Shown here: positions 42,665 to 50,832 of the stretch, piece after piece
How positions within the stretch are numbered: position 1 is the stretch's first letter
Layout: every line of letters starts with the position of its first letter
Assembly (NCBI GenBank): GCA_016713785.1
Contig: JADJOM010000002.1
Span: 382,381 to 446,380, forward strand
DNA length: 64,000 bases
Direction of reading: 5' to 3'
Source: Gemmatimonadota bacterium
GTDB taxonomy: Bacteria > Gemmatimonadota > Gemmatimonadetes > Gemmatimonadales > GWC2-71-9
The notes under the pieces: model-generated
Database searches by the model: none
What the model saw: the letters and a program-made list of their open reading frames with translations, nothing else
What the model was told of the DNA's origin: nothing
Translations under genes and position numbers: made by a program

Positions 42665-44222
42665 ATGCAGCGCATGACGAGGCGGGAGCCGCAGGGACGA
42701 CGGGGCCGGCCGGCGGCGCCGAAGGGCGTGGCGCTGGCGCTGCCGGTGGGAAAGTCGCCGACGGGGCCGCTGTACACCCAGGTGTACCGGCAGGTGCGGG
42801 AGCACATCCTCTCCGGCGCGCTCCGGCCGGGGAGCCGGCTGCCGTCGGCGCGGACGCTCGCGGCCGACCTCCGGGTGTCGCGCAACACGGTCGAGGCGGC
42901 GTTCCTCCAGCTGGTGTCGGAGGGCTTCGTGGAGCGGCGCATCGGCTCCGGCTCAGTGGTGGCGCGGGCCATGGCCGAGGGCGCGCCCTTCGCGCCCGGG
43001 CGCGCGGGGCGGGCGGGCCGCGGCGCCGGCGCCGGCGGGGGGCACGGCGCCCGCGCTGTCGCGGCGGGGGCGGCTGATGACCGACCTCGGGCTGGCCGAG
43101 ATCGCCGCGGACCAGCCGGCGGGGCTCTGCGCCACGGACGTGGCGGGGTTCCCGGCGGAGACCTGGAACCGGCTGCTGTTCCGGCACGCGCGGCGGGGCG
43201 AGGCCTCGGTGTACCGGCCGGCCGACCCCAGCGGGCTGCCGGCGCTGCGTGAGGCGCTGGCGGAGCACCTCCGCCTGACGCGGGGGGTGCAGTGCCAGGC
43301 GCGGCAGGTGCTGGTGGTGAGCAGCACGCAGCAGGCGATCGACCTCGCGGCGCGGCTGCTGCTCGATCCCGGGGCCACGGCACTGGTGGAGGAGCCGGGG
43401 TATCCGGGCGCGCGCGCGGCGCTGCTCGCGGCGGGCGCCACGGTGCGGGGCGTGCCGGTGGATGGCGAGGGGCTGGTGGCGGAGCGGCTGCCCGAGCGGC
43501 CGGGGGCGCGGCTGCTCTACGTCACGCCCTCGCACCAGTTCCCGCTCGGCGTGACGCTGTCGCTGGCGCGGCGGCTGGCGCTGCTCCACTGGGCGGCGCG
43601 CACCGGGGCGTGGATCCTCGAGGACGACTACGACAGCGAGTTCCGCTACGACGGGCGCCCGCTGGCGGCGCTGCAGGGGCTCGACCGGGAGGGCCGGGTG
43701 CTGTACCTGGGCACCTGCAACAAGGTGCTCTTTCCGGGGCTCCGGCTGGCCTACCTGGTGGTGCCGGCGCCGCTGGTGGATGCCTTTGCCGCCGGGCGGC
43801 GGATCAGCGACGGATTCTCGCCCCCGCTGCCGCAGGCGGTGCTGGCCGACTTCCTGGCCGGCGGCTACTTCGCCAGCTACCTGCGCCAGGCGCGGGCGCA
43901 CTACGCCGCCTGCCGCGACGCGCTGGTGCGCCGGGTGACGCGCGCCTGGGACGGGGTGCCGCTCGGGCGGAGCGACACGGGGCTCCACCTGGTGGCGTAC
44001 CTGCCGCGGGGCAGCAACGACACCCGGCTGGTGCGCGGGCTGCCCGACGCGGGGTTCGGGGTTTCACCGCTCAGCCGCTACTACTACGGCGAGGCGCGGC
44101 ACCGGGGACTGCTGCTCTTCTACGGTGCCACCACGCCGGAGCGGATCGTCCGGGGGGTGGGGCTGCTGGCGCCGCAGGTGACGCCGCTGCTCAAGGGGGC
44201 GACCCGGCCAGTGGTCCCATAG
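42665..44222 (+). pseudogene. MocR/PdxR-type regulator (GntR wHTH plus fold-type-I aminotransferase domain) split by a frameshift
   Basis: The HTH segment (42665 frame: LYTQVYRQVREHILSGALRPGSRLPSARTLAADLRVSRNTVEAAFLQLVSEGFVERRIGSGSVV) and the aminotransferase segment (43077..44222 frame: PD-like FPAETW, PLP lysine TCNKVLFPGLRLAY) are in different frames. The junction contains a G6 run at 43037-43042. Confidence 0.7.
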
Positions 44223-44310
44223 CACCATGCCAAGTGGCGCTGGCCGTGGGACCATCGAGCGGTAGCTTTCCGGGAGCGCTCCCGCATTCCCGACCACCGT
44301 TCGAGGCCCC

Positions 44311-44727
44311 ATGCCATCCGCCGTGATGCTCGTCCCCCCCGCCCGGAGCGCCGAGGCGCTCTTCCACTTCGAGGACAGCCTGCGGTTCGAGACCGACTGC
44401 TGGGATGTCCACCACGCCCGGACCCAGGGCGCACGGGACTTCGTGCTGCTCGACGTGCGCGGGCCCGAGCTGTACGCCCGGGGTCACCTGCCGGGCGCCG
44501 TCAACCTGCCGCACGCCAAGATCGTCGAGTACACGCTGCGTCCCTTCGCGGCCGATGCCGCGTTCGTGGTCTACTGCGCGGGGCCGCACTGCAACGGCGC
44601 GCAGCGGGCGGCGATCCGGCTGGCGCGGCTGGGGCGGCCGGTGAAGCTGATGCTCGGCGGCGTGACCGGCTGGCTCGACGAGGGCTTTGCGCTCGAGACG
44701 GGCGTGGCGGCGGAGGTGGCCTCATGA
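44311..44727 (+). CDS. Rhodanese-like domain protein (sulfurtransferase)
   Basis: FVLLDVRGPELYARGHLPGAVNLP and active-site loop VVYCAGPHCNGA. Confidence 0.85.
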   Translation: MPSAVMLVPPARSAEALFHFEDSLRFETDCWDVHHARTQGARDFVLLDVRGPELYARGHLPGAVNLPHAKIVEYTLRPFAADAAFVVYCAGPHCNGAQRAAIRLARLGRPVKLMLGGVTGWLDEGFALETGVAAEVAS

Positions 44728-45272
44728 CCCCGGAACCCGCCACCGCCCCGGCCCGCGCCTGCTGGGACCGGCCCGCGCCGGACGAGTACGCGGCCTACTA
44801 CGCTCATTACATCGGCAAGGTCCCCGAGGGCGACCTGCTGGCGCTGCTCGAGGCGCAGGTCGCCGAGGTGCGCGACCTGCTGGGCGGGCTCACCCCGGCG
44901 CAGGCCGACCACGCCTACGCCCCGGGCAAGTGGACGGTGAAGGAGGTGCTGGGCCACCTCACCGACACCGAGCGGGTGTTCAGCCACCGCGCGCTCAGCA
45001 TCGCCCGCGGCGACCCGCTTGCGCTGCCGAGCTGGGAGCACGAGACCTGGATCGCGCCGGCGCGCTTCGGCGAGCGCCCCATGGCGAGCCTGCTCGCGGA
45101 GTGGACGGCGGTGCGCCGCGCCACCATGGCGCTGCTGGCGGGGCTCCCCGCCGACACGCCCCTGCGCCGGGGCACCGCCTCGGGCAACCCCTTCACGGTG
45201 CGGGCCCTGGCCCACGTGCCGCCGGGCCACACCATCTGGCACCTCGAGGTGCTGCGGGCGCGGTACCTGTGA
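44724..45272 (+). CDS. DinB family (DinB_2) protein
   Basis: GKWTVKEVLGHLTDTERVFSHR ... HTIWHLEVL histidine pattern. ATGA overlap with the rhodanese stop. Confidence 0.8.
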   Translation: MTPEPATAPARACWDRPAPDEYAAYYAHYIGKVPEGDLLALLEAQVAEVRDLLGGLTPAQADHAYAPGKWTVKEVLGHLTDTERVFSHRALSIARGDPLALPSWEHETWIAPARFGERPMASLLAEWTAVRRATMALLAGLPADTPLRRGTASGNPFTVRALAHVPPGHTIWHLEVLRARYL

Positions 45273-45799
45273 GCCCGGTGGCCGCGGGGCTCGTGGTGCG
45301 CGACGCCACCGCCGCCGACATCCCCGCGCTGCTCGGCCTGATGCGCGGGCTCGCGGCGTACGAACGCTACGCGGCCGACTTCCAGGTGACCGAGGCGGTG
45401 CTGCTGGCGCAGGGGTTCGCCGGCGGGGCGCGCGACTTCGAGGCGCTGCTGGCGGAGGAGGCGGGGGCCGTGCTCGGGATGGCGGTGCACTACATGGTGC
45501 CGTTCACCTACCGCGCGCGGCCCACCTTGTACCTCAAGGAGCTGTACGTGGCGGAGGCGGGGCGGGACCGCGGCGCCGGGGCGGCGCTGATGACGGCGCT
45601 GGCCCGGCGGGCGCGGGCGCGCGGCTGCGCGCTGGTGAAGTGGCAGGTGGCGCGGTGGAACGCCGGCGCGATGCGCTTCTACGAACGCCTGGGCGCGCGC
45701 CCGGATGACGGATGGGTGGATTACCAGCTCGACGCCGCCGGCATCGCGGCGCTGGCCGGCGCGGGCGCCCGCGACGGGGCGCCCGGCCGGCGGGACTAG
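45269..45799 (+). CDS. GNAT family N-acetyltransferase
   Basis: GTG 45269-45271 overlaps the DinB stop (GTGA). LYVAEAGRDRGAGAALMTALARRARARGCALVKWQVARWNAGAMRFYERLG. Confidence 0.8.
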   Translation: MSPVAAGLVVRDATAADIPALLGLMRGLAAYERYAADFQVTEAVLLAQGFAGGARDFEALLAEEAGAVLGMAVHYMVPFTYRARPTLYLKELYVAEAGRDRGAGAALMTALARRARARGCALVKWQVARWNAGAMRFYERLGARPDDGWVDYQLDAAGIAALAGAGARDGAPGRRD

Positions 45800-46908
45800 A
45801 AGCTCACCTTCGTGATCCGTCCTCCCGGTCCCACCATCCATCCCGCCTTGGGACCGGCGAACGCCACACTCCAGTAGGCCAGCGAGTCGAGCGGCGCCCA
45901 GGTGCGGCCCTCGTCGCGGGAGAGGCTGGCGCCGCCCGGCCCGACGGCCACCACGGTGCCGCGACTCCCGGGCACCCACGCCGCGCCGTATACCGCGCCG
46001 GGGAAGGTGGGCTGCCCGCCCTCGGTCCAGCGCCGTCCGCCATCCGCGGTGAGCGCCACGCGGATGCCGCCGCTGGTGGCGCTGCCGATGTCGCCGCCGA
46101 CCACGAGGCCGGTGCGTTCGTCCTGGAAGGCGATCGAGGTGTGCCCGGTGGTGTTGGTCCCCTGGCTCACCGGGGTGTCGTAGCTCACCCAGGTGCGGCC
46201 GCGGTCGGGGGTGAAGAGGAGGCGGCTCCGGGTGCCGGCGCCGGTGGCGATGTACGCCGCCTCCTTGCCGAGGGTGGCCACGCAGGTGCCGCTGGCCGCG
46301 AAGGCGCCCTCGCCCGCGGTGGCGGCGGGGACCGGCGAGGGCGTCTCCGAGCCCGGCTCGCTCAGGAAGTGCCAGTCGAGGCCGCCGTCCCGGGTGGTGA
46401 GCACCGGGAAGACGCCGTTCACGTTGTCGCTGAAGGCGATGCCGCTCTCGGCGTCCCAGAAGGCGAAGCAGTCGTAGAAGGCCTCCGGGGTCCGGTTGAT
46501 GAACTGGATCTGCCAGTTCTGGCCGGCGTCGGTGGTCTTGTAGATGCGGCTGCGGGTGCCGTTGCCGCTGGAGAGCAGGTACGCGGTCTTGTCGTCCACG
46601 CCCTGCACGTCGCGGAACTCGAGGCTGTCGGCGCCGGCCACCACGCCGCTCCGCCAGCTGGCCCCGCCGTTGGTGGTCACCGCGAATGCCCCGCCGGTCC
46701 CGCTGGCCCACACCACCTTCTCGTTCACCACGCTGACCGCCTGCAGCCGCGCGCTGGTGCGGGAGCGCAGGTCCAGCAGCGCGGCGCCCGAGATCGAGGT
46801 GCGCGCCGGCGGCAGGGTATCGGCCGGGGGGGAGGGGGGCAGCGGCGGGGTGTAGGGGCCGCACGCGACCAGGGCGAGCAGGGCGGCGGCGAGGATGGGG
46901 TTTCGCAT
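45796..46908 (-). CDS. BNR/Asp-box repeat beta-propeller lipoprotein (Ycf48/sialidase-fold-like)
   Basis: 370 aa from ATG 46906-46908 with lipobox LALVAC. Repeated SxDxGxxW-type boxes: TTNGGASW, TTDAGQNW, TRDGGLDW, TPDRGRTW, TADGGRRW, SRDEGRTW. Confidence 0.7.
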   Translation of the reverse strand: MRNPILAAALLALVACGPYTPPLPPSPPADTLPPARTSISGAALLDLRSRTSARLQAVSVVNEKVVWASGTGGAFAVTTNGGASWRSGVVAGADSLEFRDVQGVDDKTAYLLSSGNGTRSRIYKTTDAGQNWQIQFINRTPEAFYDCFAFWDAESGIAFSDNVNGVFPVLTTRDGGLDWHFLSEPGSETPSPVPAATAGEGAFAASGTCVATLGKEAAYIATGAGTRSRLLFTPDRGRTWVSYDTPVSQGTNTTGHTSIAFQDERTGLVVGGDIGSATSGGIRVALTADGGRRWTEGGQPTFPGAVYGAAWVPGSRGTVVAVGPGGASLSRDEGRTWAPLDSLAYWSVAFAGPKAGWMVGPGGRITKVSF

Positions 46909-46960
46909 GGGGGAATAGTAAGAGGGTTGAACGGCGCGGCCGCAGGGCCGGGGCGGCGCC

Positions 46961-48073
46961 TCAGAGCAGGTCGAGGGCGGCCAGTTCCATGGCGTGGATG
47001 GCACGGAGGCGTTCCGCCAGGGTGGCGCGGAGGTCGGCCGACCGGGCGGCGTCGAGGGGGAAGCTCTTCCGGGCATCGCGCTGGAGACGGCTCAACCCCT
47101 CCCAGCAGGCACGGATCTCGGGGACGGGCCCCCGGGCGGCGACCAGGGCGGTGCGCCGGGCGAACAGGGCGCGCGCCTCATCACACGCCGGGACCCCGGC
47201 GGGCAGCGCGGCCTCCGCCAGCGCGGTCCATTCCCCGGCGAGCGCGGCGTACGCGGTGGCGGGGGCCGACAGCCCGGCCTCACGGAGGCCCGCGGCACAG
47301 ATGCCGCGGCAGAGCCCGCCGCCGGTGCCGTAGCGCTCGACATACTCGTGCAGCGAGGTGAGCGCCGCCCACAGGCGCGGGCCGGGCGGGAACATCTCCA
47401 CCCAGCTCTCCTTCCCCTTGGGGGCGGTCATCCGGTCGGCCAGCTCGGCAAAGGCGTCGAGCCGGAAGTTGGCCATCTTCGCCTTGCGCAGGGTGGTGAC
47501 GCAGGTCTTCCGGGCGTCGGCGAGCACGGCGTCGGGGGACGGCGGCCGCCCGGCGCGGCCGTCGAGCCAGAGGAGCCGGTTGCGGAACTTGGCGATCCGG
47601 CCGCGGGCGGCGGCCAGGTCGCGGAGCGCGATGCCGAAGGGCTCCCCGCCCCCGTCGGTGATCCGCGCCTCGTCGCCGGCGATGGCCTGCACCGTGATGA
47701 CGTGATAGCCGCCGCCGCTGTAGTGCGCCGGCATCACCCGATGCGGGAGGTGCGCGGCGTCGACCCAGGCGATCACCGGCGCCCCGCGCTCGAGCGCCTT
47801 GCGGAGCTCCTGCTCCGCCGCCTTCACGCTGGTGCTCTCCTTCGTCACCGTCTTCCAGCCCAGGCACCTGGCGGCCGCCGTGAGGTAGGCGTGGTCGTCG
47901 GCCCAGAGGTGGCGGCCCGCGAGGAAGAGGGTGGCGATGTCTTCCTTCTCATACTGGAAGGCGAAGACCCCGGCGCCGATGCCGCCCGCCTGGACGAACA
48001 GCAGCGGCTCGCTGACGGGCTGCCCGGCGTGGGCGAGGACTGTCCGCAGGGCGGCGGTGGCGGGGATGGTCAT
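46961..48073 (-). CDS. BtrH_N-like (cysteine-peptidase-fold) plus DUF4872-like protein
   Basis: 370 aa. The assignment rests on my recollection of the BtrH_N/DUF4872 architecture and needs an HMM search. Confidence 0.5.
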   Translation of the reverse strand: MTIPATAALRTVLAHAGQPVSEPLLFVQAGGIGAGVFAFQYEKEDIATLFLAGRHLWADDHAYLTAAARCLGWKTVTKESTSVKAAEQELRKALERGAPVIAWVDAAHLPHRVMPAHYSGGGYHVITVQAIAGDEARITDGGGEPFGIALRDLAAARGRIAKFRNRLLWLDGRAGRPPSPDAVLADARKTCVTTLRKAKMANFRLDAFAELADRMTAPKGKESWVEMFPPGPRLWAALTSLHEYVERYGTGGGLCRGICAAGLREAGLSAPATAYAALAGEWTALAEAALPAGVPACDEARALFARRTALVAARGPVPEIRACWEGLSRLQRDARKSFPLDAARSADLRATLAERLRAIHAMELAALDLL

Positions 48074-48191
48074 GGGGCCAGTCTACGGGGCCCGGCGTGG
48101 CGGGGGAAGTGGGGACACCGGGGCGCGCCGCGACCGGGATCCGGCCGGCGAAGGCCGTCACGGATTCTTAATCGCATCTTCAGGTGGGACA

Positions 48192-48220
48192 TTGACGCGA
48201 CGGGGCCTCGGCCCTAGACT
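48192..48220 (+). promoter_or_regulatory. Sigma-70-type promoter candidate for the fasciclin gene
   Basis: TTGACG (48192-48197), 17-nt spacer, TAGACT (48215-48220). This leaves about 120 nt of 5' UTR before ATG 48348. Confidence 0.4.
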
Positions 48221-48347
48221 GGTGGCGCAGCCCCTCCCCTCTCGTCAGGCAATCCCTCGTTGCCACCCGGGCCCGACCGGCCGCGCTCGCGCGGGCCGTC
48301 ACGCCCGTCCGCGGGTGCCGTCTCACTTCACGTCGAGGGATCGTCCC

Positions 48348-48881
48348 ATGCGCCGCCGTGTGCTGCTCTCCGCCTGTTCGCTCGCCCTGTTCCTGCCCGC
48401 CGGCTGCAAGCCGGCCGGGGAGGGCGCCGCCCCCGCCCAGGCCGCCGTGGCCATGCCGGCGGTGACGCTCGACCCCAACAGCATCGCGGGGATCGCCGCG
48501 GGCTCGGCGGACCACACCACGCTGGTCACCGCCCTCAAGGCGGTGGACTACGTGCTGCCGCTCAACAATCCCGGGCCGTTCACCGTCTTCGCGCCGGTCA
48601 ACGCCGCCTTCGACAAGCTGCCGGACGGCACGGTGGAGACCCTGCTCAAGCCGGAGAGCGCGAGCCAGCTCCGCACCATCCTGCTGCACCACGTGATCGT
48701 CACCGCGTACGACCCGACGCAGCTGACCGACGGCCTGGTGCTCACCATGCTGGCCGGAGGCAGCGTGACGGTGCAGCGGCAAGGGGACGAGCTCACGGTC
48801 GGCGGCGCCAAGGTGCTCGGCTCGGTCCGCGCCGGGAACGGGATGCTGTACATCGTGGACGGGGTGCTGCTGCCCAACTAG
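48348..48881 (+). CDS. Fasciclin (FAS1) domain lipoprotein
   Basis: Lipobox FLPAGC. HTTLVTALKAVDYV...GPFTVFAPVNAAFDKL...LLHHVI...GMLYIVDGVLLP. Confidence 0.85.
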   Translation: MRRRVLLSACSLALFLPAGCKPAGEGAAPAQAAVAMPAVTLDPNSIAGIAAGSADHTTLVTALKAVDYVLPLNNPGPFTVFAPVNAAFDKLPDGTVETLLKPESASQLRTILLHHVIVTAYDPTQLTDGLVLTMLAGGSVTVQRQGDELTVGGAKVLGSVRAGNGMLYIVDGVLLPN

Positions 48882-48930
48882 GCGGCTCGGCGGTGGGGGA
48901 ATCCCCTCGGGGACACCTCGCCCGTGGCGG

Positions 48931-50832
48931 TCAGGCCTCCGCGATGGTCCAGTACACCGCGTAGCGCTCGTCGAGCGAGCGGTAGAAGGGCACCAGCTCG
49001 AGGTCGATCGGCTGGCCGCGGGTGGTGAACGTGAGCGGCCGCCCGGCAACCGGCTGGATCCAGGGGGCAAGGTCGCTGGCGGACCCGACCAGGGTCGGCG
49101 CCGGCACCGACGGGAGCCGGTACTCGGGCACGGTGCGGGGCGCGGTGGGTTCGGCGCGGAGGGCCTCGGGGGTGAGGCCCTCGGTGCCGAGCCTGCCCAC
49201 CAGCACCAGCGGGCCGTAGCAGAGGGCGTGGCGCGCGGGCGCGTCGGGCAGCGACTCGGCGCGGAGCGCCATGGGCAGGGTGACCTCCAGCCGATCGCCG
49301 TCCTTCCAGCGGCGCTCCACCACCAGGTAGCTCCCCGGGGGGGCGAAGCTCTCGAGGGCGCGGCCGTTGAGCGTCGCGTGGCCACCGGCGGCCCACGCCG
49401 GCACCCGCACCCGGAGCGCAAAGGTGGCGGGCCGCGCGGTGCGCACCGTGAGCCGGGTGACCTCCTCCTCCGGGAAGCGGGTGTCCTGCACGATCCGCAC
49501 GTCGCGCTCCCGCCAGTCCAGCTCCGACGCCACGAAGAGGTTCACGTAGAGGCCGGCCTCGTCGTGGAAGTAGAGGCTGTCCCCGAGCTTCGCGAACGAC
49601 TCCGCCATGCTGCCGGTGCAGCACCAGTAGTCGTGCCCCGGGGTGCCGAAGAGCTTCCACAGCCCGTCGGCGAGGCTCACATAGTACAGCTTGTCGCCGT
49701 CGGCGGGGTGCATGGTGCCGAGGATGCCGTTGAGGTAGGCGCGCTCGTAGTAGTCGGCCACGCGGGGGTCGGCGGTCCAGCTGAAGAGGTGGCGCGAGAG
49801 CTTGAGCATGTTGTAGGTGACGCAGCACTCCTGGGTGTAGCCGGAGAGCCCCGCGGCCAGCGCGCCGAGCTCGCCCCACCCCTCATCGGCGCTGGTGCCG
49901 CCGGTGGCGTAGCAGCGCCGGCCGGTGACCTGGTGCCAGAAGTACTCGGCGATGTCGCGGGCGCGCCGCTCGCCCAGCAGCTCGTGCCGCCGGGCGGCGC
50001 CGATGACCTTGGGGATGCTGGTGTTGGCGTGGAGCCCGGCCAGCTCGTCGCGGCCCAGCGCCAGCGGGGCGAAGAACCGCTCGTGGTCGAAGCGATGCGC
50101 CAGCGCCAGGTGCTGCGCGTCCCCGGTGAGGGCGTAGAGGTTGTAGAGCACCTCGTTCATCCCGCCGTATTCGCGCTCGAGTACCCGGGCCATGTGGGCG
50201 TCACCGAGGGGCTGGCACCAGCGGCCCACCCAGCGGGCCTGCCGCTCGAGCACCTCGCGCGCCGGTGCGCTTCCCGCGAGCTGGTGCAGGTCGAGCAGGC
50301 CGGCCATGAGCTTGTGAATGGTGTAGAAGGGCGCCCAGGCGGGCTGGCCGGCGCGGAGCCGGTCGAACAGCTCCTCGGGAAAGGCGCTCAGGTAGCCGCT
50401 GCCGAGCGCGTGCTGGCACCCGGCCAGCCCGGCGACGACGGCCTCCGCGCGGGCGCGGATGGCCGGGTCGCCGGTGGCGGCGACGAGCAGCGCGCAGGCG
50501 GAGAGGTAGTGGCCGGTGTAGTGCCCGCGCAGCTCGTTGTCCGGGGCCTCCCAGCCGCCGAGGGGCTCGGCCGTGGAGGCGAGGCCGGCGGTGACCCGGA
50601 ACATGTGCAGCAGGCGGTCGGGATCCTGCGCCAGCAGGTGGCGCCGGTTGATCTCGAGCTGGTCGGCCACGTAGCCGGGGCGGAGGCGGACCCGGTCGAG
50701 GGGGAACGGCCGGGCACGCGGGGTGATGGGCGGCGTGTCGCCAGGGGCCGCCCACAGGGCCCCGGGCCGGAGCAGGGCGCTGGCGGCGGCGGTGGCGGCC
50801 ATGAAGTCGCGGCGCGAGAGGTGGCTGGTCAT
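48931..50832 (-). CDS. Glycoside hydrolase family 127 (DUF1680, beta-L-arabinofuranosidase-like), Tat-exported
   Basis: 633 aa. Twin-arginine signal SRRDFMAATAAA. GHYTGHYLSA, ATGGTS, QECCVTYNMLKL and DYWCCTGS paired-cysteine motifs are as recalled for GH127. Confidence 0.85.
   Translation of the reverse strand: MTSHLSRRDFMAATAAASALLRPGALWAAPGDTPPITPRARPFPLDRVRLRPGYVADQLEINRRHLLAQDPDRLLHMFRVTAGLASTAEPLGGWEAPDNELRGHYTGHYLSACALLVAATGDPAIRARAEAVVAGLAGCQHALGSGYLSAFPEELFDRLRAGQPAWAPFYTIHKLMAGLLDLHQLAGSAPAREVLERQARWVGRWCQPLGDAHMARVLEREYGGMNEVLYNLYALTGDAQHLALAHRFDHERFFAPLALGRDELAGLHANTSIPKVIGAARRHELLGERRARDIAEYFWHQVTGRRCYATGGTSADEGWGELGALAAGLSGYTQECCVTYNMLKLSRHLFSWTADPRVADYYERAYLNGILGTMHPADGDKLYYVSLADGLWKLFGTPGHDYWCCTGSMAESFAKLGDSLYFHDEAGLYVNLFVASELDWRERDVRIVQDTRFPEEEVTRLTVRTARPATFALRVRVPAWAAGGHATLNGRALESFAPPGSYLVVERRWKDGDRLEVTLPMALRAESLPDAPARHALCYGPLVLVGRLGTEGLTPEALRAEPTAPRTVPEYRLPSVPAPTLVGSASDLAPWIQPVAGRPLTFTTRGQPIDLELVPFYRSLDERYAVYWTIAEA

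Noticed and set aside
42665-43252. Treating the GntR-HTH ORF and the 43077-44222 aminotransferase ORF as two normal overlapping genes
   Set aside because: They would overlap by 176 nt on the same strand. The tail of the first is low-complexity out-of-frame-looking sequence. The second frame is already protein-like upstream of its ATG. A single-base frameshift in one MocR gene explains this better, although a true split cannot be excluded without reads or orthologs.
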